This document shows positions 1 to 12,450 of a stretch of 64,000 nucleotides of DNA, piece by piece. The notes below the pieces were generated by a model. It saw only the letters and a list, made by a program, of their open reading frames with translations, was not told where the DNA came from and did no database searches. The stretch is from Antedon mediterranea (lineage: Eukaryota; Animalia; Echinodermata). The position numbers were made by a program, and so were the translations under genes. The stretch lies in the NCBI RefSeq assembly GCF_964355755.1, contig NC_092675.1, positions 21,610,912-21,674,911 on the forward strand, given 5' to 3'. How positions within the stretch are numbered: position 1 is the first letter of the stretch; every line of letters starts with the position of its first letter.

Positions 1-789
1 CAGATTTTACATAAATTAGTGGTACTTTGTAATCGTCATAATTAACTATGATAACCACCTCGGATTTTGATGAAATTTTCATGAATATCAGAAAACACTA
101 TATTGAATAAGTGTGCCAAATTTCAGAATGATTGTTTATCTAGAAGGTAGTGTTGCTAAGGTATTAATTGTTCAATCTGTAACAGCATGGGGCAACTTCC
201 TGTCTGATTTGTCATTAAACTTTGACTGTTAATTACTCAGTAATTACAAATAAATTTTGTATAAATGCTATATACATTTATTGCCATAACTCTGGGAATA
301 TTTGCTTGATTTAAATGATCCAAACACCATTTTGAAGGATATATTGTGAGGAATACCATTATAGTATCAACTAAAAAAATATATATTTCACCAAGTGCCT
401 GGTTTTGATGTGGCTGTACACATTTTTAAGATTAGAATATCACATTTGCTTTCTTTAAAAGAGTTGTCACTCGTAAATAGTTGATGGACTGGTCTAGTTT
501 GACAATTCCAAAATCAGCCATCAAATCGCACTTTAGGGTCCTACAAAGGCATTTGATAGTGCTATCTACCTGTTACAAAATTATCTTAACTAAAGTCAGT
601 AAGAAACTGTACAATATATTTAGGCATAACATAACATCTATTTTTTTCTGCTCGATTACCGTAATGATTAACCTTTCCATGTATGTTCCTTATTGAAAGT
701 ATATATAAATGATCATTTATTGATAAATAATATTTATTAACAAAAAATACTTAGGCCTACTTATACTTAAATCTTACTTTTTTACACAG

Positions 790-3700
790 GAAAATGGTTC
801 TTGTGTGCCTACTAATTGTTACTGTATACTTAGCAATAAATATTGCTACAAGTTGCAATTGGACGTAACCCCAACCATTGAACAGAATACTCAAGAAACA
901 TTATTGTTACTACGTGTAACTATAAGAAATAATGCCCTACTCGAGACTTCACAGGAAATGCAAGTAACCATTTCAAATCATATACGTTTCACAACATTTT
1001 TAATAAAAACTAAAATGAATCACAGTGTAAGTTACTATGATATATAATAATATAGATTTTAAGAAAAAAAAAACACCTGAAATCAAAACTTTGAATTTGA
1101 ATTATTCCAGATCCTCACATCGAGCATTTCCCAACCTGTTAAAACAGTAAGTAATTATTTGTTAGTGTAAATAATAATAAATCAACAGAGACATTGGGTG
1201 AGTGAGCACGTACAACTTTTTTGCTCTCGATTTTCACCTTTCAAAGAGACATTTATCTTTGTTTTTTCCCGATTGTATCATTATCATCGTAAATAGCATC
1301 TAGGACTTATCATGTAAACTTTTAAAGATGATGGTCAATGCTCTGTCGGTGTAAATAAGCAGTGAGTATTTTATCCCCATGATACCGCATCTATTGCCAT
1401 TGGCTCGCCGTTGAAAGCACTGCAAGGTTAACTATTACTGTGCTAGCCATATGCAAATCAAAATCCTTCAATAAGGTTTCCAAACATCTGCGTCACTTAT
1501 GCAAATTAGTAAATTTGGCCGAAATTACCAGCTGTGATTGTGACCTGATATGTAAAACAGTGGTGGTACTGTATAAAAGCAAGTGTAATCATGGCCCCGA
1601 AGTTAGATGTTGATAAGCTGAAGAAAGACTTGCTTCAGGAGCTGACTACTTCTATTACTGAGACATTAAACAAAGCATTTGATAAGCTGCAGGAGCAAAT
1701 CAGTAATATTGAAACCAGATTGGACTATTTAGAACAATATTCACGTCGCAATAACCTTAGATTCTACGGTTTACAGGACTCGACAAAGTCAACTGATGAT
1801 TTGGTGGCGGAGGTTATTCGCGACAAAATGGGTATCACTTTCAAGTCCGACGATATTGAAGTATCTCATCGAATCGGTCCTATTACTGACAAGCCTAGGC
1901 CAATAATTGTTCGGTTCAATTCAATCAGGACCCGTAACAATGTGTTTGCAGCCAAATCCAAACTGAAGGGTATGCCGGTTTATATCTCGGAAGACTTAAC
2001 AAAAGCAAATTTCAATCTCTTTTGGAAGGTAAGACACCATGATGGAGTTCAACGTGCCTGGACTAACAGATGCAAGATATGGGCCCTGTGTAAAGGTGAA
2101 GAAAAACCCAAGCATATCAAGAATGAAAAGGATTTTGAACGACTGATTGCTGAACATTAAGAACGTTTAGACTGTGCGGTGTCATTAACAGTTCGTTTCT
2201 TACCGACGGAATATGACCATTATTTGTTGATTTTAGATAGCAAAAACGTGTTCTCTTGTTTTTATTTCAATGTTTACTATGTTCGTTTGGCTAAGTGTTC
2301 TCATATGTGCTAGCGTTTTTAAAGTGAGTAGGCCTACTTTACTTATTTTTTTTACTGATAAAAGACCAACGGTCTTGTATTGACCATATAGTTACTAGTC
2401 AAAATGTATATATTAATGATTTTGGTGCATTGTGCCCACTTTTAAATTGTGATCACAGTCCAGTATATGCAAATATTGATATTCGTATCACACGGGACAA
2501 GCCATACAATCGTAAAATATATCTTTTTGAAAAAACTGATTTTAATTTATATCGTAATGCTCTTAATTCTGTAAATTGGGAAGAAGTTTATTCATCTTCA
2601 AAGGTTGAAGATGTTTGTCATAATTGGATTGACTTATTTATTAATAATTGTGTTGATAACTATATTATATCTAAAATTATAACTGTGCGTCCTAATGACA
2701 AGCCTTGGATTAATGCTCATATTAGAACTCTTATTCACAAAAGAAATCGCGCCCATTCCACTCGAAATAACTCAAATTCGCATATGCAACGTTTTCAGAA
2801 AATTCGCGCAAAAGTTGTTAAAGCAATAAGAAAAGCTAAACAAACTTTTCTGGATAAACAATTTGATTTATTAATGAATAAAAACTGTGATTCAAAAACT
2901 TGGTGGTCTACCATAAATTCAGTTTGTAATTCCAAACAATATTATAAGATTCCTCCAATCAAATTAAACGATGATGTCCTAACTTTAAATAGTGAGAAAG
3001 TTAAAGCGTTTAACAATTATTTTAAATCTCAATCGTTTATTCCTAATCATGATGATTTTCCTTCGGACTTCACATATAGAACTGCATCGAGACTCTCAAC
3101 TCTCAAATTATCTGTTGATGAGATCATGAAATTATTAACTATGCTGGATAAAAACAAGGCGATGGGACCTGATGAAATTCACAGTATCATACTAAAAGAA
3201 TCTGCTGAAATTATTGCACCCCATTTGACAAAGCTTTATAACTTCTGCATAAGCCAAGGATATTTTCCTGTGGAATGGAAAAAATCAAATGTCATTCCTC
3301 TGCATAAAAAAGGCAATAAATCCTTTATTGAGAACTACCGCCCTATATCCATACTTCTTTATCTTATAGATACATTTAATAGAGCTTTAGATTTAAGGAA
3401 AGAAGTAATCTCGGTATTTTTGGATATTTCCAAAGCCTTCGATAAAGTTTGGCATAATGGGATTATATACAAATTAAATCAATATGGAATTAATGGCACT
3501 CTTCTAAAATGGTTCCAAAGTTACTTAAACTCACGTGAGCAACGTGTTATTATTGAAGGAACTACCAGTCCTTGGGTGACCATTACAGCAGGAGTACCCC
3601 AAGGATCTGTTTTGGGTCCATTTTTATTTATTGTATTCATAAATGATATGGTTGATAATATCAAATCTAATATTAGTTTATATGCAGATGATACTTCGTT

Positions 3701-5752
3701 ATATGATATTTGTACAGATCGTAATATTTCAGAACAAAAATCAAATGGTGATCTTAATGTCATTTATAATTGGGCAAAAAAATGGAAAGTAACATTCAAT
3801 GCTAACAAAACGAAAGCTATACTGTTTACACGTAAACATTTAGATAACTATGTTAGTTTAAATTTCAATAATGTAAATCTACAATTTGTAAATGATCATA
3901 GGCATCTTGGTGTAATGCTTAATGCAAAACTCAAGTGGGATTCCCATATCCAATCTGTAATTAACAAAGCGTCTTTATCTTTAAATATGCTACGTCGTGT
4001 CAAACATATTCTACCTCGACAGGCTCTCTGTCACATTTACATATCACACGTTAGACCATTAATGGAATATGCAGCTCCTGTTTGGTGTAATATTCCAGAT
4101 AAATTAAGTGATGAACTAGAAAATATCCAGATTTCTGCAGGTAGAATATGTACTGGTGCGTGGAAACATACAAGTCATAATGCATTAAGACAAGAATTAA
4201 GCTGGTTATCATTGGAAAAACGTAGACAATTTCTTAACCTAATACTGTTTTTTAAAATTATTCATAAGTTAACACCAGTGTATCTTTACTCCTTATTTAA
4301 TTTTTCTGACAATATTGGAGTTTATAACTTGCGTAACATCCGAAATATAACTAGATTTAATTCGTCACTATGACGAATTATAGGTTATATGCATTGATTT
4401 AAATAAAGATAATTGATTTTTAAAAGATATATTGATTGATTGATTTTCTCAGAATCTTTAATTATTTATAATATATGATAGGACCTTGCTAACGCGAACA
4501 CCATAGCCGGTATCACAATCCGATCAAAGATCCCTCTGCGTATAATGTCATAAACCGCATTTGTTGTTACATAATAAAAAAGACATAAAGTAACTTTTTA
4601 TCTAGATTTCATTATAAATCATGTGTATAATCTATACACTAAGAAATAAATTTGAACAATACGGATAATAAAAAAAAAATCTTATTTCGTTTCCCAAGGT
4701 GAGACTCGAACTCGGTACCTTGAATGCCATTGACACGAGCACAGACCATCGAGCCATACACAACTGACTAAAACTTGGAGAAAAATTCCTCCGTGTATTT
4801 ACTATGCAGTAACCACTTTGGTGCAGATAGATTATTACATACCGCAATGAATTATAATGTTTTACTATGATGACATCTTTAAAAATTTAAAAAAATGATG
4901 CACTGTCAAACTATATACTTTTAACTTTAATATATGAACTTCTTAAGGAAGAAAGTTAACGTTAAGTTTGTTATTTTGGCCTAAGAAAATGTTATAATTT
5001 GTTTGATTGTCGAAATTAATTTTGTTGAATTTAATATGCCATTAATGATGACTTAATCAACTTTTGTTCTTCTAATTTCATAATAAATCATACATATGAT
5101 ACATACACTTCAAGAAAATTAAATAAAAAATAGGTGTTCCCGAGCATTCTAACGATATATATTAATTTTAAAATTTAGCATATTTTCACCATTTTGTTAA
5201 CTTACACGTGCGTAGCCCGTCACTTTTGACGTGCTCGTATAACGCTGTTTCGCGTTGAAAAGTGAATAAAATATGATGATATTATTAAAGAAAGGTTATA
5301 CAACAGTAATCAGACACAAACAGTGCGCATTAACGTTTGACGCGCAGTGCGCGTGCAAAAATCTGCGCACTCATGGCAATTTTTTAAACGCTTAAAATTG
5401 CCTGAAACGTACTCTAATTTCATCGAAAATAAATTCTGACAATTTTCAACATTTTAAGCGCGCGTACGCATGCGTTATATGCGCTACGCACGTAATTGTA
5501 TTGCCATATGATGAAATATGACCTGAAATTTATGAGTACCAAATTTTGTTTAAAAGTGATTCATGTTTGTGAAGATATGATTACAAACGTGATTTCGTTA
5601 AATCGCGCGTAGACCGCGTAATTTTTGATTGCGCACCGTGAAAACATAACCACATCGATTCCTGGCCATAAGGAATATACTCTGAAAAATTGACTTAGAT
5701 AGATAAAACCGATGCCAAGATAATTGACGGACAAATAGTGCTAAGGAAAGAA

Positions 5753-5795
<43 letters not shown>

Positions 5796-8729
5796 AGATT
5801 CTGACAGAATCAAGAGGTTATATGCATATCATGCATATAACCTAATAATTCCATTTTGTAAGACCACATCATATCGTTTATCTTTTGTCCCATCTATTAT
5901 AACACATTGGAATGAGTTAAATAATGAAATAAAAAATTCCTCATTTCTTGTTGAGTTTAAAAAATTGCTACTGAAATCCAATTTGTTGGAAACAAAAAAA
6001 CGTTCTTATTATGATACAGGTGATAAGAAGATTAACCAAATTCACACTAGAATCCGACTTGGTTTCAGCTGTCTCAATTCACATTTATTCTTACATGGAC
6101 TTCGGGACAATCCAAATTGTACTTGTGGCTTTAATGTTGAGAATCCGCTTCATTTCTTATGTTACTGCCCTAATTATAATACACAAAGAGATATTCTACT
6201 TGTAAGCGCTAACTCAATTATTGAGGATATCTTAGCCAAGGATTTTTCTTTAACATTTAATTTTACATTTTTAAGTGAAATTTTTATTTTTGGTTCCGAT
6301 CTTCTTTCGAATTGTGAAAATGCTTTATTATTTTATTATGTACAACAATTTCTTGTTAATTCTGGAAGATTTAATTGATGTTTCTGTTAGTTGTTTTAAA
6401 ATGTTGTATTTGTTAATCTGAGGCGCCTTGAAGCTAAGATGGTTCCATCTTGTAAGGCGCCTCTGTGTAATATACTGAATAAAAAAAAAAAAAAAAAAAT
6501 AATAATAATAAAAAATACATTAATAGTGGATGATGTAATGTGGACGGCTGCAACGAAGAAAACAGAAGTAAAATAATTACGGTAGGAAATGACAATTGAA
6601 TTGTGATAAAAAAACTGCAAATGTATGTAAAAAGACGGATACAGTTCTACCGATCATGTGCATGATTATTTTTCCTTGTTGAAGAAATTAATAACGAGGC
6701 CATATACATGGCTGCAGTCGCGTGTTCAAGTTTCAAGTGTTTACCGAACGTCCGACCGACCACCGACTGACATAGTGAGCTGTAGAGACGATCCCACACA
6801 AGACAACAACTAAAAAGAAAACTGCTAATGGTAACACTGACTTTATGTATTTTATAAAGGATGGGAAAGAAGGCATGCGCATTGGTCTTGTTGTTGGAAT
6901 AACGATTATCTGTGTACTGATTGTGGTATTTGTAGCTATTTGTGCTGTGTTGATTCTGCGAAAATATGAGGTAAACTAGTTATTTTCAAATACATTCTTT
7001 GATCTGTGTACTTCTTTGTACTAGGTACCCACCAGTCAGATATTTTGGTAGATAATAAAACATGTTCATAAATTGTAATTGTTTAAAGAGTATGATCAGG
7101 GAAGAGTTAAGTTAAGTTAATTTAACTCTTCCCTGGTATGATTTGTGATTATTTCAGAAAATGCCATCAAGCTGTCAAAAAGAGTCGTGATCTTACAGTC
7201 GGATCTTCATGCTATTAACAACTGGTGTGTGACGAACAAAATGCTACTAAATACTGACAAATGTTTTGTAATGCACATAACTAGATCTAACAGTCACCTT
7301 GAACAAGCATGTGATTATTTTATTGGAGATGATAGATTGCCCGTTACGAATTCCATTAAATATCTTGGAATTCACCTGAATCGCAAACTCACTTGGGCTG
7401 ATCATGTCCAATATGTTAAATCCAAATCTAATCGCATGTTTGGTTTTGTGAGACGTATTGTCAAATGTCGTGATAAAGCTATTATATTGCGACTATATAT
7501 ATCGTTAGTTAGACCATATATTGATTACGGTTTACCTGCCTGGATCCCCTTTCTTAAAAAAGACATCGCTGCTCTTGAAGCTGTCCAAAGGAGGGTCACC
7601 CGCACATGCTTCCCAAGATCAGCCAGTCTCCCTTACCCTGAACGTTTGAAACGCCTTAATCTGATGTCCATTAACAATCGCATTAGGTATTTATGTATTA
7701 ATTTTGTTACCAAATGTATGTACAAATTATATGATGTTAATGTTTTTAAATATTTATCTATTAATTGCAGACATGTTAATAAGCTTAAGTTGCGCAATAA
7801 TTTTATAGCCCGGACTGATTTATTTCATAACTCTGTCTTTAATGTTTTTGTTAGACATTTTAGAGATCTGCCTGCGGATCTCTGCGACCAACTTTTAATT
7901 AATATAAACTGTTTTAAGCATAGCCTTAAGAAATATTTTAACAATCTGTTTTAATCTGAACATATGTATATTTTAAAGATATTTTCTTAATTCTATCTTT
8001 TTAAATTAACATTTATTTATTTTATATTTTTTATAAAAACACATTGCTGAATTTTATAGTTTTATCTAAATTTTAATAGAATCCATGTATTATTCATTTT
8101 ATGTAAGTATTTCGATGTGGAGAGCCTCTCGACGGTTATTTTTACTTATAACTTTTAGGTTATCCGGCCTCATTGACTTACTTTTGTATTGTTTTTTTGT
8201 ACTGTTCTGTATATTGGCAAAATAAATGATATGATATGATATGATAAACAGTAAGTAATCATAGTAGTATATCTTATCTTTTAAGAGTAATACAAAAGAA
8301 ACAAATTAAATCTATGTACAAAACCTACGTGATAAGGTATTGGTCGTACGTATTTTTGGCTTTAGACTATTACAAATTAATTTTTACTTGTTTATTTCAG
8401 TCTAACAATATTGCAAGTTTTGATAATCTAACGTTCAACGGAGGTACTTCTGGGTGTTAAGTTTTATCTTAATTTTGAACCTTTTTCTTTTAATTTTACT
8501 CCCCAAAATAATGGTAATTATAGATAAATAATAAAATAGTGAATATGTAGCTAGTGGCCAAATGACAAAGATGAGTAACAAAGAGCTTAAGCTTAATCTA
8601 TAGTGACGTAGTAAGGCCAATTAAAAAATGTATTTTAGCAAAAGAAGTTTGTTTAGAGTTTTAAAGTGAATTAGATAATATGCAGAATTTCACCAACCAT
8701 GGTGGGGACGAGGTGGTGAAGATTCTTGA
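790..8729 (+). CDS. Gene C: 3' part of a paralogous single-pass receptor (5' exons lie left of the window); no kinase exons seen
   Basis: AG/GT-bounded exons 790-963 (ENGSCVPTNCYCILSNKYCYKLQLDVTPT...SQEMQ, homologous to A 44493-44672 and B 23168-23347), 1111-1146 (ILTSSISQPVKT) and TM exon 6860-6970 (DGKEGMRIGLVVGITIICVLIVVFVAICAVLILRKYE). Tentative exons 8401-8443 (SNNIASFDNLTFNG, cf. NPTF exon of A/B) and 8686-8729 (stop). The 3' end is uncertain. Confidence 0.75.
1591..2160 (+). CDS. LINE ORF1 protein (coiled coil plus RRM-like domain)
   Basis: Coiled coil followed by LEQYSRRNNLRFYG, DIEVSHRIG, RPIIVRF and ISEDLT motifs typical of non-LTR ORF1 proteins. Confidence 0.85.
   Translation: MAPKLDVDKLKKDLLQELTTSITETLNKAFDKLQEQISNIETRLDYLEQYSRRNNLRFYGLQDSTKSTDDLVAEVIRDKMGITFKSDDIEVSHRIGPITDKPRPIIVRFNSIRTRNNVFAAKSKLKGMPVYISEDLTKANFNLFWKVRHHDGVQRAWTNRCKIWALCKGEEKPKHIKNEKDFERLIAEH
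2430..4373 (+). CDS. LINE ORF2 reverse transcriptase (defective)
   Basis: KAMGPDEI, NYRPISIL, FLDISKAFDKV, GVPQGSVLGP, YADD, HLGV. Only the C-terminal IDH...CDH end of the APE endonuclease remains (about 2370-2460). The frame is broken at about 4350 by an insertion. Confidence 0.92.
   Translation: MCPLLNCDHSPVYANIDIRITRDKPYNRKIYLFEKTDFNLYRNALNSVNWEEVYSSSKVEDVCHNWIDLFINNCVDNYIISKIITVRPNDKPWINAHIRTLIHKRNRAHSTRNNSNSHMQRFQKIRAKVVKAIRKAKQTFLDKQFDLLMNKNCDSKTWWSTINSVCNSKQYYKIPPIKLNDDVLTLNSEKVKAFNNYFKSQSFIPNHDDFPSDFTYRTASRLSTLKLSVDEIMKLLTMLDKNKAMGPDEIHSIILKESAEIIAPHLTKLYNFCISQGYFPVEWKKSNVIPLHKKGNKSFIENYRPISILLYLIDTFNRALDLRKEVISVFLDISKAFDKVWHNGIIYKLNQYGINGTLLKWFQSYLNSREQRVIIEGTTSPWVTITAGVPQGSVLGPFLFIVFINDMVDNIKSNISLYADDTSLYDICTDRNISEQKSNGDLNVIYNWAKKWKVTFNANKTKAILFTRKHLDNYVSLNFNNVNLQFVNDHRHLGVMLNAKLKWDSHIQSVINKASLSLNMLRRVKHILPRQALCHIYISHVRPLMEYAAPVWCNIPDKLSDELENIQISAGRICTGAWKHTSHNALRQELSWLSLEKRRQFLNLILFFKIIHKLTPVYLYSLFNFSDNIGVYNLRNIRNITRFNSSL
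4351..5848 (-). mobile_element. Non-autonomous Helentron-associated (DINE-1/HINE-like) element inserted in LINE ORF2
   Basis: On minus: 5' subterminal repeat AGGTTATATGCAT with its inverted copy (5815-5843), (TTTA)n at 5752-5796, and 3' subTIR ATGCATATAACCT plus hairpin AATTCGTCA-TAG-TGACGAATT plus CTAG (4351-4395). Removing it restores ORF2 (YNLRNIRNIIPFCKTTSYRLSFVPS). It carries a tRNA-like A/B-box segment (about 4690-4760). Confidence 0.8.
5849..6378 (+). CDS. C-terminal part of LINE ORF2 with CCHC zinc-finger-like motif
   Basis: SFVPSIITHWNEL...RIRLGFSCLNSHLF...CTCGFNVENPLHFLCYC, in frame with the RT once the insertion is removed. Confidence 0.8.
6695..6816 (-). mobile_element. Short DINE-1/HINE-like copy (family 2)
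   Basis: Termini resemble 12736-13426: GGCCATATACATGGCTGCAGTCGCGTG ... (CCGA)n ... CATAGTGAGCTGTAGAG ... ACTAAAAA. Confidence 0.65.
7097..7135. mobile_element. 39-bp minimal TIR element
   Basis: 14-bp inverted repeat CAGGGAAGAGTTAA / TTAACTCTTCCCTG flanked by direct repeat GTATGAT (7090-7096, 7136-7142). Confidence 0.55.
7186..8245 (+). mobile_element. 5'-truncated CR1-type LINE
   Basis: RT C-terminus LQSDL..INNWC..NKMLLN..KC, KYLGI, LYISLVRPYIDY, LEAVQRRVTR, YPERLKRLNL (ORF to 7954); AATAAA and (ATGAT)n tail at 8221-8245. Confidence 0.85.
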
Positions 8730-8865
8730 ATCAGCTCCACGATTACATCGCCGGTGTATCATAGTCATTGCTATGAGATTCTTATTTACGGAGTTAACGT
8801 AATTTTATTCACAATGTAAATTATTGAACAATGATAATTTTTATCCTGTATCTGTATTATAGTTA

Positions 8866-8902
8866 CTAGATGGTACGCTCGCTTCGCTCGCGTACCATCT
8901 AG
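8866..8902 (-). mobile_element. Probable Helitron 3' terminus
   Basis: Perfect 13-bp stem CTAGATGGTACGC / GCGTACCATCTAG around TCGCTTCGCTC, ending CTAG|T on minus. The other end was not identified. Confidence 0.45.
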
Positions 8903-9575
8903 GTCGTGCCCACAGATTGTTCTCGAATACACAGTAATTTCAGCGTAACAAAACTGGCGATTTCAAATGTACGTACCGCAGGAGGACTACAATACATTGT
9001 CGTTTACAGAAACGAATAAATAGACACGATGATTTATGTAGTCAACTAAAATTAGCACCCTGGGAATTACTTCCGAAGGAGAAATTTATCACAAAATGAG
9101 TCCAAAATTTTGATTTGGACTCATTTAAAGAAACCCAATTTGTGTTTTGTATGTAACATTAGGGTTGAGGGATGGGAAAGCGGATAGGTACAAAGAGGAA
9201 CAATTTTTAAATATATTCTTTATCCACTCAGTAACGAAATATTTTGTTCATGTTCTATAGGCCTATAAATATTATACCTAGCTCTAAATACAGTAAAACT
9301 TTTGCGATTTAATACTGTTAAAACTGTCACTGTCATAATCGATTGAAATATTAAAGTACATGTCACGATACACCACTATGACGTTTATATTATTGGTAAT
9401 TATTAATTAATACAAACGTTGAGAAGGTACTGTCAGTATAAAGTTTATTTGTATATAATAATGTGTTTATATATCTAACAGTAGAGCCTAACCACAATCT
9501 CAGTAATAAAGTTTATTTGTATATATTTTTATATTACATCTAACAGTACGAACATTCACAGTAAGAAATGTTCGA

Positions 9576-10441
9576 TTCAGGTTTCATTCTCAACTGGCGT
9601 TTCATCGTCTAGCGTTGTTAATCCCATGACGACGGTGAGTTGGTATAGCGCCACCAATAGGTCCAAAAGGACGTTCCCCCCTTCTCCAATAGTTGATCAT
9701 AAATGTGTGACAATTCGTGGGCTCCTTCATCTCTGTTCATGATTTTTCCATGTTTTCTGATGTTGATCGACTCTTTTATTTGCCTTTTTTGAGTGTTGTA
9801 TTCTTTCTCAAGGATAGCAGCGTTCCAATCAATGAGGTGATTGTGTTGTAGTGCATGATCTGTTATTGCAGATTTATGTATGATTGATGATGTAGACGAT
9901 CTTTGAGCCCTGGTTAAAATCCCTCCCGTGTTGTTTTTTGTGTCTGTGCGATGTTCTTTTATGCGTGTTTTTAAAGTTCTCCCTGTTTCCCCTATGTAAG
10001 CTTGTGGACAGTTCAAACATTGTAGTTGCAGATGCAACCGCATACTTGATCTTTTTCGATGCGGTCTTTCGGATGAACGAGGTTTTGCCTGATCTTATTA
10101 GATGGGATGAAAAAGGTATCAATTTGATGTTGGTTGAATACTTTTTTTATGCGTTCAGACAGACCTTTTGTGTATGGGATCCCGATGTTACAACGTGACT
10201 TTTCTTTAGTAGATGTTGTACCTTTGCTGCGATTTTGATCAAGCTGTCGTTGCTGTTTTTGGAGTCGTTGTTTTTCTACCTTTTTGAATGTCCAATCTGG
10301 GTAGTCGCATTTCTTCAAAGCCTGTCTGATGTGGTCCATTTCCTGTCCTTTTGGACCTATTGGTGGCGCTATACCAACTCATCGTCGTCATGGGATTGAC
10401 AACGCTAGACGATGAAACGCCAGTTGAGAATGAAACCTGAA
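9576..10441 (-). mobile_element. 5'-truncated Penelope-like element (GIY-YIG endonuclease) with inverted terminal copy
   Basis: ORFs 10013-10339 and 9618-10043 (frameshifted): IPYTKGLSERIKK, VHPKD, CLNCPQAYIGETGRTLKTRIKEH, SAITDH, KESINIR..MNRDEG. 9576-9672 is the reverse complement of 10345-10441. Confidence 0.88.
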
Positions 10442-12450
10442 CGTACTGTATAAGTTCACTTATATTATTTTTGGTTGTTCAAAAAGAAATTTTATGTAAT
10501 ACCTATTCCACAACCAGATGAAATTTTTCTAATATTTACAGTATTGTCAAAGTATTGTAAGTTTATTCTCAAAGGGCCCATATATTTACCTACCGTATGT
10601 GTTAAACCAAGGGCTCATAAATTTACCTACTTGTGTTAAACCAAACTCTGGCAGACTGAGATATTGGGATGTTTCATTCATCGCAAATCAATACATTTGT
10701 ATAATCGTATATTAAATCTATCAAAATTTTTCAAGAAAATCGGCCAGTCTTCAACATTATGATGCTGTACTCTAGCTGTTCAACCGGTTTTCAGCTATTA
10801 AAAACAATTATCGTAGGAGGAGATAGGAAAATGCGAAGCCTCCTCGCATTTTTGTGGCGGGTATTTTTCAAGATGGACATCCATTAGACAGTGTATACCC
10901 CGATCGGAAAACACCCCTATTTGGGGCAAATCGTTGAACCTAAATTCGTTTTAATCGTCAATAACTAATTATGTAACTTAATTTAATTAGTAAACAGGGT
11001 TACATCAGGTGGTTAAAATCAGTACCGAAAGTACGAACCAACTTTATATACCATCGAGTAAAAATTCTAGAAGTAAGGCGCGATTTACCGAATTTTGCCC
11101 TTACGTAAATTTATATAGAGATTGTGTAAAATAATTAAATTGAGTAAAAGTAATTATAACATTATAAATTAATATGCTATTACATTACATTGTTTTGTAA
11201 TATTTGTATCACATTAATTAATGTCTGTGTGTGACAAGCTTATTTACAGCTGCGACGTTTTTTAATCAGTATGACAATAGTCTTATGACCTTTCCTAGTA
11301 AAAGATAAAAACAACACAGAAGAAATTGAACTTTGACAAATTTCAAAATGATTATATGAACGAGCAATATGAAAATGAAATACTTAAAATGTTAAATTAT
11401 GAATTCAATTAAATCGAAAGCACGGCTGTAAAGGATGCGGCGAACTATCGAAACGTGTAAGGGTGACTACGAAAAACTAGGTTTTAAAACCTATCAGAAA
11501 AACAGAAATTTAGAAATCCAATCGATGGCATTTGGAGAAAAGGTATCGACTACAGAAAGGGCTACAGAAAGGTAACAAAGATATTGCGTACGCAGGCCTA
11601 TTATAACTTTCCTATAGAAAGTTATGATTATCTTTTTCTACTACAATACGTACGTATACACTATCAGATAAATGTACTGTAAGGCACTAAAATAACGAAA
11701 TAGACAAAACAAAACGTTTCCTTGTGACAAATTACAGTACAAACTGCTACAACTAATAGTAATTGTTCCAGGTTTATTGTAAAATGTTATTGAATGAAGT
11801 ACATGAGCACAATAAGCAGAACTTAAATCATTTTAAGTACACAGTGAAACGAGCATAGTAATAAACAGCCAACTTGTTATTAAAATTTTATAGATACATA
11901 GGCCTACATAATATCCGCTATAAAATTAGTAATGCATATTCAATATTTGTTGTAGCTTAATTCCAACAGAAAAACTGAATTCATTTACGTGTATCAACAA
12001 AATAATTTCACAAAAGGTAGAACATTATTAAGAACTGTTGCCATTTATTAATTTAATAAGAATGTATTATTAGAATTATTTAACTTCAGTATATTTGTTT
12101 TATGTTTGTGCTTGCATTAAAATGTAGAAAGGAAGCTGTAGCAACATTGATCCAAATCAAGATGATAAAATGCAAATACAATAATTTTATAATAAATAGT
12201 TTTTGAATCGTATTATTCTAAATAAAATTGACCCAATAATACTACACATTACTTATAAATGTTAATTACGATAGTTGTTTAATGAAGCTAATTAAGATAA
12301 TAGGGAATAATAAATAAATAAAGTAGTACTATAATAACATAGGCACATTTGCTATAATTTCGTAATAAGGTTACCAATACATTATATTAGTAAGTAAATT
12401 ACCTAATCCTGTGATTTTTTTTTTGATTTTTTATTTATTTTGATTTTTGT

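Larger units (their letters stand above)
1190..6499 (+). mobile_element. Near full-length CR1/L2-group (Crack-like) LINE in an intron of gene C, internally deleted and interrupted by a Helentron derivative
   Basis: ORF1 1591-2160; RT ORF 2430-4350 resuming at about 5849-6378; 3' stem-loop GAGGCGCCTT...AAGGCGCCTC (6420-6463); poly(A) 6481-6499. The 5' boundary is approximate. Confidence 0.88.

Noticed and set aside
1-700. Possible end of a non-autonomous DNA transposon and ORF 481-696
   Set aside because: Repeat-like texture, but no TIR/TSD pair is visible in the window and the ORF has no recognisable motif.
4690-4760. Minus-strand tRNA gene
   Set aside because: A/B boxes only, no convincing cloverleaf, and it lies inside a mobile element.
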